Positions 50,459 through 62,094 of a DNA stretch of 64,000 bases are shown here, piece after piece. The notes below the pieces were generated by a model, which ran no database searches, was not told where the DNA came from, and saw only the letters and a list, made by a program, of their open reading frames with translations. Made by a program: the position numbers and the translations under genes. How positions within the stretch are numbered: position 1 is the first letter of the stretch; the number at the start of each line of letters is the position of its first letter. Source of the DNA: Candidatus Enterousia sp. (GTDB taxonomy: Bacteria > Pseudomonadota > Alphaproteobacteria > Rs-D84); contig JAZLBQ010000026.1 in the NCBI GenBank assembly GCA_045613785.1, positions 32,001 to 96,000 on the forward strand. The letters are read 5' to 3'.

Positions 50459-52450
50459 TTAACCTAGTTTATATTCTGTTCCAATTTCTGCGTCCGTCCC
50501 CAGTTCGATGATTTTATCGCCATCACTGCCCTGTCCAACTTCTGCTGGGCTGCACATCATACCAAAAGACTCTACACCTGCAACAGTTCTTTGTGCCATT
50601 GGTTTTTTCATACCTGGCAATTTAGATCCCACAGGTGCTAAAACCCCACGCAGACCAACATAAACATTTGGTGCACCACAAACAATTTGAACATTTTCAG
50701 TTCCGTTATTTACAGTTAAAACATGTAAATCATCACGTGTTGGGTGATTTTCAACTGCAGCAATTTCAGCGACGATTGGTTTTGGTGTGTTATCAGGTTG
50801 TTTTACAGTATATTTTTCTGTCATTTGTGCAATTTTTTCATCATCAATACGACTAAACAGATTTTCAGGCACTACAAATTCCGCCCCATCAGCAATACGA
50901 GATTCGAATTTTTCTGGCCAAGACAAATCTTGTTTATCTGCAAAAATATTCTGCATTTTTTCTGCTGCCACTGGGATAAAAGGTGCAGACACACGTGCAA
51001 ATAAATCAATCAACTGAAAGCATTGGTTCAATACCTTGCCTGCTGCGTCCAAATCACCATTTTTAACCAATGCCCATGGTTCATATTTGGTCATATATTC
51101 ATTACCGATTGCATACAGACCACGCAAAGCAGCGATTGATGCACGGAATTCACAAGCGTCCAACGCACTTGTCAGTTCTGACAATTTTTCATTGATTTGC
51201 GATTCCAGTTCAGGGTCGATTGTTCCTGTTGCTGGGACATTTGTTCCAAAGTTTTTAGCAGTCAATTTACAAACACGACTTACAAAGTTCCCCAACATAC
51301 CGTTCAGGTCTTTGTTTACAATTTCTGCAAATCGATTGATTGTAAAGTCTGTATCGTCTGTTTCTGGTGCAGACGCAATAATTGCATACCGCCAGCAATC
51401 CGCATCAGCATCCATAATCGCATCGTTTAGGAAAATGCCATTTCCAGTAGATTTTGAAATTTTGGCCCCATTAAAGTTCAAGAAATTAAATGCCTTTAAC
51501 GTATCAACAGTTTTCCAGTTATCGTTCATTGCCAATTCTTGTGCTGGGAAAAAGATTGAATGGAACGAAACATTGTCTTTGCCCATAAATTGTGTATAGT
51601 GAACATCGTCGCCACCAAACCACCAGTCTGCCCAGTTCTCATTTGCTGCCTGTGAAATTGATACATACCCCCACGGTGCATCAAACCAAACATAAAAGAC
51701 TTTATTTTCATATCCTGGCTTATTTACAGGAATACCCCATTTTAAATCACGTGTGATTGGGCTGTCCCGCAAACCTTCGTCCAGCCACTTGTTTGCGATT
51801 GCCAATGCGGTCTTGGGCCACCCTTTTCGTGAATCAATCCATTGACGCAACTTGTCCTGCATTTGACTTGATTTGAAATACAAGTGTTTAGTTTCACGCA
51901 TTTCAACGGGTGAATCTTTTGTAATAGCACTGTGTGGGTTTATCAACTGTTCTGGTTCCAGTGTTGCCCCGCACTTTCCACATTCATTACCGTATGCACC
52001 GTCAAATCCGCATTTTGGACAAGTTCCGATAACAAATCTGTCGGCCAAGAACATTTCGTCTTTGACTGAATAAGGTTGCACAGACGTTTTTTCGACCAAC
52101 ATACCCTGTTCGTCCAGACGTGTAAATAATGACTGAATTAGTTCTGTGTGTTTTTGTGTATGTGTTCTGCCATAGATATCAAAAGACAAACCAAAGTTTT
52201 TAATGGCATCGACGTGTGCTGCACGATACTTATCGACATATTCTTCGACAGGCATATTTTCTTTCATTGCACCGATTTCACTGGCTGTGCCGTGTTCATC
52301 AGCCCCGCAAATGAACAGAACATCACGTCCCATTGCCCGGCAAAATCGTGCATAAACATCACTTGGCAGCAAGCAACCAACCAAATGCCCGATATGCAAA
52401 TTATAGTTTACGTATGGTAATGCCGATGTAATTAAATACTTTTTTGCCAT
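50459..52450 (-). CDS. metG: Methionine--tRNA ligase with C-terminal OB-fold
   Basis: ITSALPYVN..LHIGH, GADEHG, CxxC knuckles, YVWFDA, KISKS. Confidence 0.96.
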   Translation of the reverse strand: MAKKYLITSALPYVNYNLHIGHLVGCLLPSDVYARFCRAMGRDVLFICGADEHGTASEIGAMKENMPVEEYVDKYRAAHVDAIKNFGLSFDIYGRTHTQKHTELIQSLFTRLDEQGMLVEKTSVQPYSVKDEMFLADRFVIGTCPKCGFDGAYGNECGKCGATLEPEQLINPHSAITKDSPVEMRETKHLYFKSSQMQDKLRQWIDSRKGWPKTALAIANKWLDEGLRDSPITRDLKWGIPVNKPGYENKVFYVWFDAPWGYVSISQAANENWADWWFGGDDVHYTQFMGKDNVSFHSIFFPAQELAMNDNWKTVDTLKAFNFLNFNGAKISKSTGNGIFLNDAIMDADADCWRYAIIASAPETDDTDFTINRFAEIVNKDLNGMLGNFVSRVCKLTAKNFGTNVPATGTIDPELESQINEKLSELTSALDACEFRASIAALRGLYAIGNEYMTKYEPWALVKNGDLDAAGKVLNQCFQLIDLFARVSAPFIPVAAEKMQNIFADKQDLSWPEKFESRIADGAEFVVPENLFSRIDDEKIAQMTEKYTVKQPDNTPKPIVAEIAAVENHPTRDDLHVLTVNNGTENVQIVCGAPNVYVGLRGVLAPVGSKLPGMKKPMAQRTVAGVESFGMMCSPAEVGQGSDGDKIIELGTDAEIGTEYKLG

Positions 52451-52573
52451 TATTTACCCTTTTTTTACTGCGGAAATTATAAAACATATTTTGAATAAAT
52501 CAATAGTTATAAAAAACTTGAAAAAACAATCGTGTATAGTATGTTAGTAAGCATATAAAGTAATGGATTTAAC

Positions 52574-53083
52574 ATGCAACCAAAAAAACAACTTGATAAA
52601 AACACATTGATATACCTTGTAAATGAAATAACCAAGAATCACGGCATCAAGAACACATCGCCTGTAAAGTTGGGTCGTCTGATGTATTTGTTGTGGCTTG
52701 AATATGCGTCCCTGCAACCAGGTTTGACATTTCCGGAAAACTCACCAATGGCGAATATGCGTTTTATAAATTATGAACGTGGTCCTGCCGAAGAACTAAG
52801 TTCTGATAATTTTGATACAGTCCGTTCTGAAATTTTGGCTGGCAAGATTCCAAACTTTTCCCAGACATCATTTCATTTAAAAGAAAAGCATAATATGGAA
52901 CAGGCTTTTACCACTGTTCGCAACATATATTCAATGCATCGTGCGACAGATTTGTGTAATTTCATTATGTATGAACTACCGACTTGTCAGTTCAAGCCAA
53001 AGATTTGCGAATTGACATTTAATGACCAAGAATTTGTCCGTGAACTTCGTGCATTTATCCGCAAGCGTGATAGATTAAAATAA
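52574..53083 (+). CDS. Panacea/SocA (DUF4065)-like protein
   Basis: SPVKLGRLMYL...F..YERGP resembles the KLxKLxY...GP motif. Confidence 0.5.
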   Translation: MQPKKQLDKNTLIYLVNEITKNHGIKNTSPVKLGRLMYLLWLEYASLQPGLTFPENSPMANMRFINYERGPAEELSSDNFDTVRSEILAGKIPNFSQTSFHLKEKHNMEQAFTTVRNIYSMHRATDLCNFIMYELPTCQFKPKICELTFNDQEFVRELRAFIRKRDRLK

Positions 53084-53112
53084 AAAGACCGGCAAACGCC
53101 GGTTTTTAAATC

Positions 53113-53189
53113 TGGTGGGTGGTATTGGACTCGAACCAACGACCTTTACGATGTCAACGTAACGCTCTAACCAACTGAGCTAACCACCC
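53113..53189 (-). tRNA. tRNA-Val(GAC)
   Basis: Reverse complement GGGTGGTTAGCTCAGTTGGTTAGAGCGTTACGTTGACATCGTAA...ACCACCCACCA; upstream TTGCAA-N16-TATAAT. Confidence 0.96.
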
Positions 53190-53456
53190 AAAACGACCCG
53201 ATTATAACAGATAAAAATATAATTGCAAATGATATTTCGTAGTTGTGCAAAGTTCTAACCTCCAACCACCTTATTGCGGTGTTTTTTTTATAAATTGGTG
53301 TCAATTATGCATATTATTGACCAAATTGAAGAATATAGACTAAACAACAAAATCCAAGTTTTTCAAATTTGTAATATAATTGGTTTGATAATATTTATAA
53401 TTGCAACAAAATATCCTCTAAAAAACATATAAAAAAGCCGGTAAAAACCGGCAATT

Positions 53457-54806
53457 TTATTCTTCGTTTTTCAAGAATTTTTCCAACCATTTATTGTCAA
53501 AATTCAACTGTTTTACGTCTTTGTTTTTTAACAGTTTTTGTTGCAAAGGAATAGTTGTTTTTACGCCTTCGATAACAAATTCGTCCAACGCACGTGTTGC
53601 CCGCATCAAGCACGCAGGTCTATTTTGTGCATGAACAATCAATTTTGCAATCATAGAATCATATGTTGGTGGAATTGTATAACCTGTATAAACAGCACTA
53701 TCGACACGAACGCCCAAACCACCTGATGGTGCATACAGTGTAATTTTTCCAGGGTTTGGAACAAAAGTTTCTGGGTCTTCTGCATTTATACGGAATTCGA
53801 TAGCATGTCCATTTGGGATAACGTTTGATTGTGTATAACCCAGTTTTTCACCTGCTGCGATACGAATTTGTTCACGAACCAAATCCACCCCATAAACCAT
53901 TTCTGTCACAGGATGTTCTACCTGTAATCTAGTATTCATTTCCAAGAAATAGAATTTGCCATCTTCGAACATAAATTCAAAAGTTCCAGCATTGACATAT
54001 CCCATTTTTTTTGCTGCTGTTTTGCAGATTTCAATCATATCATCACGTTGTTTTTGTGATAATACAGCGGCGGGGCATTCTTCCAAAACCTTTTGGTTGC
54101 GTCTTTGCAGCGAGCAATCACGTTCACCAAAGATAACGACATTTCCGTGCATATCACCTAAAACCTGGAATTCGATATGACGTGGATGTGTCAGTAATTT
54201 TTCCATATACAGCGTTCCGTCCCCAAAAGCCGACTGTGCTTCATTTTTAGTCAATTGGAACGCCTCTGCCATTTCGTCTGAATTCATAACGGGTCGCATA
54301 CCACGACCACCGCCACCAGCGGCTGCTTTTAACATAACAGGATAGCCAATTTTTTCGGCCACATCCAATGCTATTTCCAAAGAATCGACTGCCCCATCAG
54401 ACCCTGGCACAACTGGCAAACCACATTCCACAGCAGTCTTTTTTGCATTTACCTTGTCGCCCATGCGAATAATCATTTCTGGCGAAGGCCCAATCCAAAT
54501 CATACCATGCTGCTCAACTTTGTGTGCAAAGTCTGCTCGTTCAGATAAAAATCCATATCCTGGGTGAATTGCATCTGCATTTGTCAGCAATGCAGCGGTT
54601 AAAATTGCGGATTCGTTCAGATAAGATTCACGTGCTGGTGCAGGTCCGATACATACAGACTCGTCTGCCAGTTGCACGTGCATAGCGTCCTTGTCAGCGG
54701 TTGAATATACAGCAACTGTTCGGATACCCATATCACGACAGGCACGAATAACACGCAAGGCGATTTCCCCACGGTTAGCGATTAAAACTTTTTTAATTTG
54801 TGACAT
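53457..54806 (-). CDS. accC: Acetyl-CoA carboxylase biotin carboxylase
   Basis: IANRGEIA, HPGYGFLSE, GGGGRGM, EMNTRLQVEHPVTE. Confidence 0.97.
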   Translation of the reverse strand: MSQIKKVLIANRGEIALRVIRACRDMGIRTVAVYSTADKDAMHVQLADESVCIGPAPARESYLNESAILTAALLTNADAIHPGYGFLSERADFAHKVEQHGMIWIGPSPEMIIRMGDKVNAKKTAVECGLPVVPGSDGAVDSLEIALDVAEKIGYPVMLKAAAGGGGRGMRPVMNSDEMAEAFQLTKNEAQSAFGDGTLYMEKLLTHPRHIEFQVLGDMHGNVVIFGERDCSLQRRNQKVLEECPAAVLSQKQRDDMIEICKTAAKKMGYVNAGTFEFMFEDGKFYFLEMNTRLQVEHPVTEMVYGVDLVREQIRIAAGEKLGYTQSNVIPNGHAIEFRINAEDPETFVPNPGKITLYAPSGGLGVRVDSAVYTGYTIPPTYDSMIAKLIVHAQNRPACLMRATRALDEFVIEGVKTTIPLQQKLLKNKDVKQLNFDNKWLEKFLKNEE

Positions 54807-54807
54807 C

Positions 54808-55251
54808 TTATTCGATAATGATTATAGGTTGGTCAAATTCAACTGCTGCACCATCTTTGGCCAAGATTTCTGTTACAACACCGTCTTTGTCGGATTTGAT
54901 TGGGTTAAATGTTTTCATTGCTTCGACCAACGCAACGGTATCGCCTGCTTTGACAGATGCGCCGACACTAACGAATGGTTCTGCCCCTGGTTCTGGTGCC
55001 AGATATACAACACCGACCATTGGTGATTTCAGTGCATATCCACTGATTTTTGTTTTTTCTAAAGAATCTGAACTTGTGTTTTTTACCTCAGAATTTGTTG
55101 TTGCCGATGCGACTGCAACGGTCTTTTGTTTAGATAAATGAATATGTTTACGATACAAGCCAAATAAAAATTGGCGTTCTAAATCTAACTCTGTAATTCC
55201 CATATCGTCCATAATTTTTGACATAGACTCTACGGTTGCACGAAAAGACAT
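54808..55251 (-). CDS. accB: Biotin carboxyl carrier protein
   Basis: SPMVG, EAMK. Confidence 0.93.
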   Translation of the reverse strand: MSFRATVESMSKIMDDMGITELDLERQFLFGLYRKHIHLSKQKTVAVASATTNSEVKNTSSDSLEKTKISGYALKSPMVGVVYLAPEPGAEPFVSVGASVKAGDTVALVEAMKTFNPIKSDKDGVVTEILAKDGAAVEFDQPIIIIE

Positions 55252-55318
55252 TTTAATCCCTTTATTTATAGTTCACTGTCATGCACAATATAAAATTTTA
55301 CCATATTCTGTCGCATTG

Positions 55319-55547
55319 TCAAGGAACAGGGTCGTATCCAAATCCGCCACCTGGTCTGCATCTGGATATTCTTTTCAAACCCATAAAAGTTCCACGAAAT
55401 GTTCCGTATTTAATTATTGCCTGGCGTGTATATTCACTGCATGTTGGGACAAATCTGCAAGCTGCCTTGCCGCCAAAAACAGGGGACAAAGCCACTTGAT
55501 AAAATCGCACGACGCCCAGTGCAATTCTTTGGAAAAAAGAAAGTTTA

Positions 55548-55558
<11 letters not shown>
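55319..55558 (-). CDS. yidD: Membrane protein insertion efficiency factor
   Basis: CRFVPTCSEY, RISRCRP, GYDPVP. Confidence 0.95.
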
Positions 55559-57056
<1,498 letters not shown>

Positions 57057-57064
57057 AAAGCAAC

Positions 57065-57091
57065 AAAAAAACCGGCAAAAGCCGGTTTTTT
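57065..57091. terminator. Bidirectional terminator (mreB/der)
   Basis: AAAAAAACCGGC-aaaa-GCCGGTTTTTT. Confidence 0.8.
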
Positions 57092-58425
57092 TAATCGTAT
57101 GGATTTTCCGATTTTTCGTATTCTATTATTATTGGCAAGTGTTCCCATTTCAAGGCTGTTGCCAACCCACGACGCAGATATCTGGTATAAGATTCTGGAA
57201 TATCAGATGCCCCACCGACATTGATTGTAATTTTCATTGGATGTCGTCCTGTCTGTCGTGCAAACTTGATTTTCATTGGTCGTTTCAGTCGTGACAAAGG
57301 TGGTTGTCTGTCTGCAACCAGTTTTTCGACAATTCTGTTGATTAAACTTGTCGGTGCGGTTGCGTTTGAAATATCCCACTGTTCATATATACGGCGGAAC
57401 ATATTTTGAACACCAGTTCCTGTTTCTGCTGACACTGCTAAAATCATAGGTTTAATAATCTGATGAAAAGAATTAGAAAACTGATGTTTTAATTTCAGTA
57501 ATTTTTCATCACGAATTTCTGGTTCGACCAAATCCCACTTATTCAGTGCCACGCACAATATTTTACCGGCGTTATAAACACGTGCTGCAATCCCCAAGGC
57601 CTGGTTTTCAATGTTTCTGGTTGCATCAACCATTAAAATAACAACATTAGCCTTTTCGATTGCGTCCAAAGATTTCAGTGCTGACAATGTTTCAACATCA
57701 TCTGTGACCCCTGCCTTGCGACGAAGACCTGCGGTATCCATCAGGACGATATCCCGTCCATAGAACTTTGTTGGGATTTTTACTGTATCTCTTGTAATTC
57801 CAGGTGCGTCCATAACGATTTGTCTTTTTTCGCCCAGCACACGATTTACAAAAGTTGATTTTCCAACGTTCGGCTGCCCCAGAACAGCAATCTTGATTCT
57901 GTTGTCTTGGTTTTTTTCTGGCACAGGTGCATTAGCAGAATCCCCGGCGATTTTATCCAAGAATTCATAAATGTTATCAAATCCACGTTTGTGTTCAGCA
58001 GCCACCAAAACAGGCTCACCAAAGCCTAGTTTGTAAAAATCGTGAACATTTGCCAGTCGTTTTTCCGATTCGCTTTTATTGACCAACAGCATTACAGGTG
58101 CTTTTGTTTTTCTGCGGACTAATTTTGCCCAATCTAAATCTTCATTAGTCAGTCCTACACGACCATCGACAACGAACAAAACCGCATTTGCGTTTGCGAT
58201 TTCATCTATTGCCATATTTGTTGAATCCAGTGCAATTCCGGCGTTTGCACGTTCCAGTCCTGCTGTATCAACCAGTGTATAAGGTCGATTATGAAATGTG
58301 CCTGAAATTGTATCACGTGTGACCCCAGGTCTGTCATGAACCAGTGCATCACGTGTTCCCGTCAATGCATTAAATAATGTCGATTTACCCGTATTTGGGC
58401 GTCCTGCTATAACTATTTTCATCAT
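57091..58425 (-). CDS. der: Ribosome biogenesis GTPase Der
   Basis: Two G domains: GRPNTGKS/PGVTRD/DTAG and GQPNVGKS/PGITRD/DTAG/NKWD. Confidence 0.96.
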   Translation of the reverse strand: MMKIVIAGRPNTGKSTLFNALTGTRDALVHDRPGVTRDTISGTFHNRPYTLVDTAGLERANAGIALDSTNMAIDEIANANAVLFVVDGRVGLTNEDLDWAKLVRRKTKAPVMLLVNKSESEKRLANVHDFYKLGFGEPVLVAAEHKRGFDNIYEFLDKIAGDSANAPVPEKNQDNRIKIAVLGQPNVGKSTFVNRVLGEKRQIVMDAPGITRDTVKIPTKFYGRDIVLMDTAGLRRKAGVTDDVETLSALKSLDAIEKANVVILMVDATRNIENQALGIAARVYNAGKILCVALNKWDLVEPEIRDEKLLKLKHQFSNSFHQIIKPMILAVSAETGTGVQNMFRRIYEQWDISNATAPTSLINRIVEKLVADRQPPLSRLKRPMKIKFARQTGRHPMKITINVGGASDIPESYTRYLRRGLATALKWEHLPIIIEYEKSENPYD

Positions 58426-58491
58426 AACTTTTTCCATTGATTTTTTGTAATTATAAAGCAAAAATATAAATAATCAAATAGGGGCGTAAAT

Positions 58492-59088
58492 ATGAAGAAA
58501 AAAATCAAGAACGTATTCAAGCATACACGTAATCTGATTGTGAATCCGAAACGCTATTTTACCAAGATTGTTGCGGACGGCAACATGGAAGAATCGATGT
58601 TAAAGGCATTTTTATATGGTCTGTTGGGTGGCTGCCTTGTTTTGTTGATTCGTCTGCTAGGTGGTGCGACAATAACACTTGGTGCGATATTCACAGCGAT
58701 TGTGATTGTTCCTGTTTTGGCAGTTGCATTGCTGTTTGTTATGGGTGGCCTGATGATGTTGGTGTCTGAAATCACTGGTGGCGAACGTGATTGGGAGATT
58801 GCGATAAAAGGCCTGGCATCAATATTTTTTATATATCCGATAATACTTGTCCTGAATGCTTTGGCATTTAATTGCACATCTATTTGGGTAATCAGTATGC
58901 TGGTAGATATTTATGTTTTGTTCTTGTTTTATAACATATCGTTGTATTGTATGCGTGGCAAGCGTGGCAATGTTTTAATGGTGATTGGTATTTTGGCATT
59001 GTTTATTGCGACGGTCTATGCCACAGATTATCGAATTGGCTGGTTTATGTTAAAAAATACCAGTGCGACCCTGGCATGCTTATTGTAA
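58492..59088 (+). CDS. YIP1-family membrane protein
   Basis: N-terminal NPKRYF followed by about five TM segments. Confidence 0.6.
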   Translation: MKKKIKNVFKHTRNLIVNPKRYFTKIVADGNMEESMLKAFLYGLLGGCLVLLIRLLGGATITLGAIFTAIVIVPVLAVALLFVMGGLMMLVSEITGGERDWEIAIKGLASIFFIYPIILVLNALAFNCTSIWVISMLVDIYVLFLFYNISLYCMRGKRGNVLMVIGILALFIATVYATDYRIGWFMLKNTSATLACLL

Positions 59089-59203
59089 TGAAAAAGCCGG
59101 CAAAAGCCGGTTTTTTTATTTTGTGAATACAGATAAATTGCCCCCTGCCCTTGGATATGATATAATATACCAGATATAAATCCGACCAAGGGACATATAA
59201 AAC

Positions 59204-59944
59204 ATGACAGCAAAATTCAAAAATAAAACCAAAAAAGAAAATGTGATATCATTGCATGATATAAATAAAAGTTTCCCATTGGAATTGGGCGGTTTTCAAC
59301 AAGTGTTATTTGATATAAACTTTGATATTCAGGCTGGGGAATTTGTTGCGATAATGGGGCCATCTGGGTCTGGTAAATCAACCTGTATGAATATCATTGG
59401 TGCATTGGACACACCGACATCTGGGGTTTATGAATTATATGGTCGTGATGTGACAGGTTTAACCCCTGATGAATTGGCGATTGTTCGCAATGAATACATT
59501 GGTTTTGTTTTTCAGCAGTTTAATTTATTACCGAAACGCACCGTCCTTGATAATGTAATGTTGCCATTGATGTATCAAGGCCTGCCTATGGATGAAAGAA
59601 TTCGTCGGGCTCGTGAAATGTTGACACGTGTTGGTCTGGAAAAATTTGAAAGTTATCTGCCGACGCAACTTTCAGGTGGTATGAAGCAGCGTGTTGCGAT
59701 TGCTCGTGCATTGGCAGGGAATCCAAAATTGATTCTTGCGGACGAACCTACGGGTGCTTTGGACAGTAAAATGGGGAACGAGATATTACAGTTTTTCAAA
59801 AAACTAAACCAAGACCTGGGAATAACTATTGTAATGATTACCCACGAATTTGATATTGCACGTTATGCAAATCGTCTGATACACATTCGTGATGGTCGGA
59901 TAAATTATGATGGTCCAGTGCCAAAGAACGATAATAATTTATAA
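59204..59944 (+). CDS. ABC transporter ATP-binding protein (MacB/LolD-like)
   Basis: GPSGSGKST, LSGGMKQRVAIARAL, ADEPTGALD. Confidence 0.93.
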   Translation: MTAKFKNKTKKENVISLHDINKSFPLELGGFQQVLFDINFDIQAGEFVAIMGPSGSGKSTCMNIIGALDTPTSGVYELYGRDVTGLTPDELAIVRNEYIGFVFQQFNLLPKRTVLDNVMLPLMYQGLPMDERIRRAREMLTRVGLEKFESYLPTQLSGGMKQRVAIARALAGNPKLILADEPTGALDSKMGNEILQFFKKLNQDLGITIVMITHEFDIARYANRLIHIRDGRINYDGPVPKNDNNL

Positions 59945-59972
59945 AAAATTACTTTTTGTATAAGGGGGGGAT

Positions 59973-61190
59973 ATGACACTAAACGACATTTTAAAAGAAT
60001 CCTGGTTGTCAATCAGTGGCAATAAAATCCGTTCATTTTTGACGGTTTTGGGAATTATTATCGGTGTGATGGCTGTTGTAATAATGGTTGCGGTTGGTGA
60101 AACAGTTCAGCGTGAAATTACAGATCAGTTTTCATCACTTGGCACAAACACAATAATGATACGTGCTGGTGCGGCACAATCTGCTGGTGTTCGCACAGGC
60201 AATCGTCAAACGCTTACTATCCAAGACGCAGAATTTATTGCAAAATTACCTGATGTAATGGCGGTTTCTCCTGTTCAAAATGGTTCTGCCCAGGCAATAT
60301 ATGGCAACAAAAACTGGGGGACATCAATGGTTGGTGTTTATCCCGATTATACAACTGTTCAGAACATAGAAATGGAATATGGCACTTTTTTTGATAACTC
60401 TGCTGTTCGCAATGCATCGACGTATGCTGTGATTGGGCCGGAAACAGCCGAAGAATTAGGTTTGCCGGAAAATCCAATTGGTCAGGTTATCCGTGTTCAA
60501 AACACGCCATTTGTAGTTATTGGTGTTACCCGTGCCAAGGGTGATTCTGCAATGGGCAGCCAAGACGATATGATAATGATTCCGATAACAACGTTAAAGA
60601 AACGCCTACAAGGCTCACGTTTTCCAAACTCTGTGAATATGATTGCGTTAAAGTTGTTTCCTGATTCAGACAACACGGCCGCCATTGAACAAATGACCGC
60701 CCTGCTGCGTCAACGTCATCGTTTAAAAGACGATGCGGTTGATGATTTTCAGATAATGGATATGAAACAGGTAATGGAAACAATGACAACGGTAACTGGA
60801 TATATGAAATTACTGTTGATTGCGATTGCGGCAGTTTCGTTGCTTGTTGGTGCGATTGGTATTATGAATATGATGTTGGTATCTGTGGCAGAACGCACCC
60901 GTGAAATCGGCATACGCAAGGCAATTGGTGCTCGTGAACGAATGATAATTATTCAGTTTTTATCAGAATCTGTTTTAATTTCATTTATCGGTTCGATGGT
61001 TGGTCTGATTATAGGTGTTGGCCTGTCCCAAGGCGTTGGTAGGTTTATACTAGGCTATAATGTTCCGTTCAGTGTATGGCCGGTTGTTTTATCGGTATCA
61101 GTAGCGGTTATTGTTGGTCTGTCTTCGGGTGTTATGCCGGCAATGAAGGCTGCCAAACTAAACCCAATCGACAGTCTGCGATATGAATAA
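59973..61190 (+). CDS. MacB-type ABC permease
   Basis: RSFLTVLGIIIG, GIMNMMLVSVAERTREIGIRKAIGA, PIDSLRYE. Confidence 0.93.
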   Translation: MTLNDILKESWLSISGNKIRSFLTVLGIIIGVMAVVIMVAVGETVQREITDQFSSLGTNTIMIRAGAAQSAGVRTGNRQTLTIQDAEFIAKLPDVMAVSPVQNGSAQAIYGNKNWGTSMVGVYPDYTTVQNIEMEYGTFFDNSAVRNASTYAVIGPETAEELGLPENPIGQVIRVQNTPFVVIGVTRAKGDSAMGSQDDMIMIPITTLKKRLQGSRFPNSVNMIALKLFPDSDNTAAIEQMTALLRQRHRLKDDAVDDFQIMDMKQVMETMTTVTGYMKLLLIAIAAVSLLVGAIGIMNMMLVSVAERTREIGIRKAIGARERMIIIQFLSESVLISFIGSMVGLIIGVGLSQGVGRFILGYNVPFSVWPVVLSVSVAVIVGLSSGVMPAMKAAKLNPIDSLRYE

Positions 61191-61200
61191 CAAAGGAAAG

Positions 61201-61228
61201 AAAAAAAGCCGGTGTTTACCGGCTTTTT
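61201..61228. terminator. Bidirectional terminator
   Basis: AAAAAGCCGGT-gttt-ACCGGCTTTTT. Confidence 0.8.
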
Positions 61229-61230
61229 CA

Positions 61231-62094
61231 TTACATTTTTAATTTACTTTGCATCTGCACCAAGACCGGCACATCAACGCCTAAACTTTTTGCACGTTCA
61301 ATCAGACCGCACAGTGCAAAAATACCTTCGACTGTTCCTGATGGTTCTTCGCCACGTGCGATAGCCATACCGCCTGAAAAGTTTCTGCTGGTTGGGCTGG
61401 TTGCAGACAAGAACAAATCCCCTATTCCGCAAAGTCCTGAAAAGGTTTCAATTTTTGCCCCCATTGCCAGTCCAATTTTTATTACTTCGTTCCAAGCCTG
61501 TGTAAAAATCAAAGCCCGTTCATTTTCTCCACCTGCGGCAACGCTGTTGTATCCACAAATAAGAGCAACTGCATTTTTACCAACCCCGCAAACTTCTGCA
61601 CCGATTACGTCATCGCTATTGACCAGATACAGTTTATTCAGTATTTCATTGCCTGCGTCCAGTGCCTTGGTTGTTCCTGCCAATGTTGAACCGGTTGGAA
61701 CGCCTTTTGCGACTTCTGCTGCGAATTGTGGGCCTGACAGAACGCCAAAATCGACGCATTCTGGCAATTCAGTTTGCAGAATTTCAGACATAAATTGTCC
61801 TGATGCACATTCTGCCCCTTTGGTGCAAATGATAACAGGCTGTCCGTTATAAGAATTGCGTGCCTTGCGAACTGTATCACGGAAATAGGCAGCAGGCGTA
61901 ACAACCAGCCAAGCGTCCATTTCTTTCAAGTCATCTAAACTGTTTGTTATACGAATATTTTGTGGCAAAACAACATCATCAAAAGATTTATGCTCTCCAT
62001 CATAAGACCACAGCACAACATCTGCACCACCACGTGCAGAAACGATTGCCAATGCAGTTCCCCAGGCCCCTGCCCCGATTACACCTACTTTCAT
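61231..62094 (-). CDS. gpsA: NAD(P)H-dependent glycerol-3-phosphate dehydrogenase
   Basis: GAGAWGTALA, TKG, LSGPQFA, KN, GDL...SRN. Confidence 0.93.
   Translation of the reverse strand: MKVGVIGAGAWGTALAIVSARGGADVVLWSYDGEHKSFDDVVLPQNIRITNSLDDLKEMDAWLVVTPAAYFRDTVRKARNSYNGQPVIICTKGAECASGQFMSEILQTELPECVDFGVLSGPQFAAEVAKGVPTGSTLAGTTKALDAGNEILNKLYLVNSDDVIGAEVCGVGKNAVALICGYNSVAAGGENERALIFTQAWNEVIKIGLAMGAKIETFSGLCGIGDLFLSATSPTSRNFSGGMAIARGEEPSGTVEGIFALCGLIERAKSLGVDVPVLVQMQSKLKM

Noticed and set aside
59204-61190. Calling the ABC pair lolD or ftsEX
   Set aside because: The permease has MacB-type motifs, a separate LolC/E gene is at the window start, and the substrate cannot be assigned from sequence.
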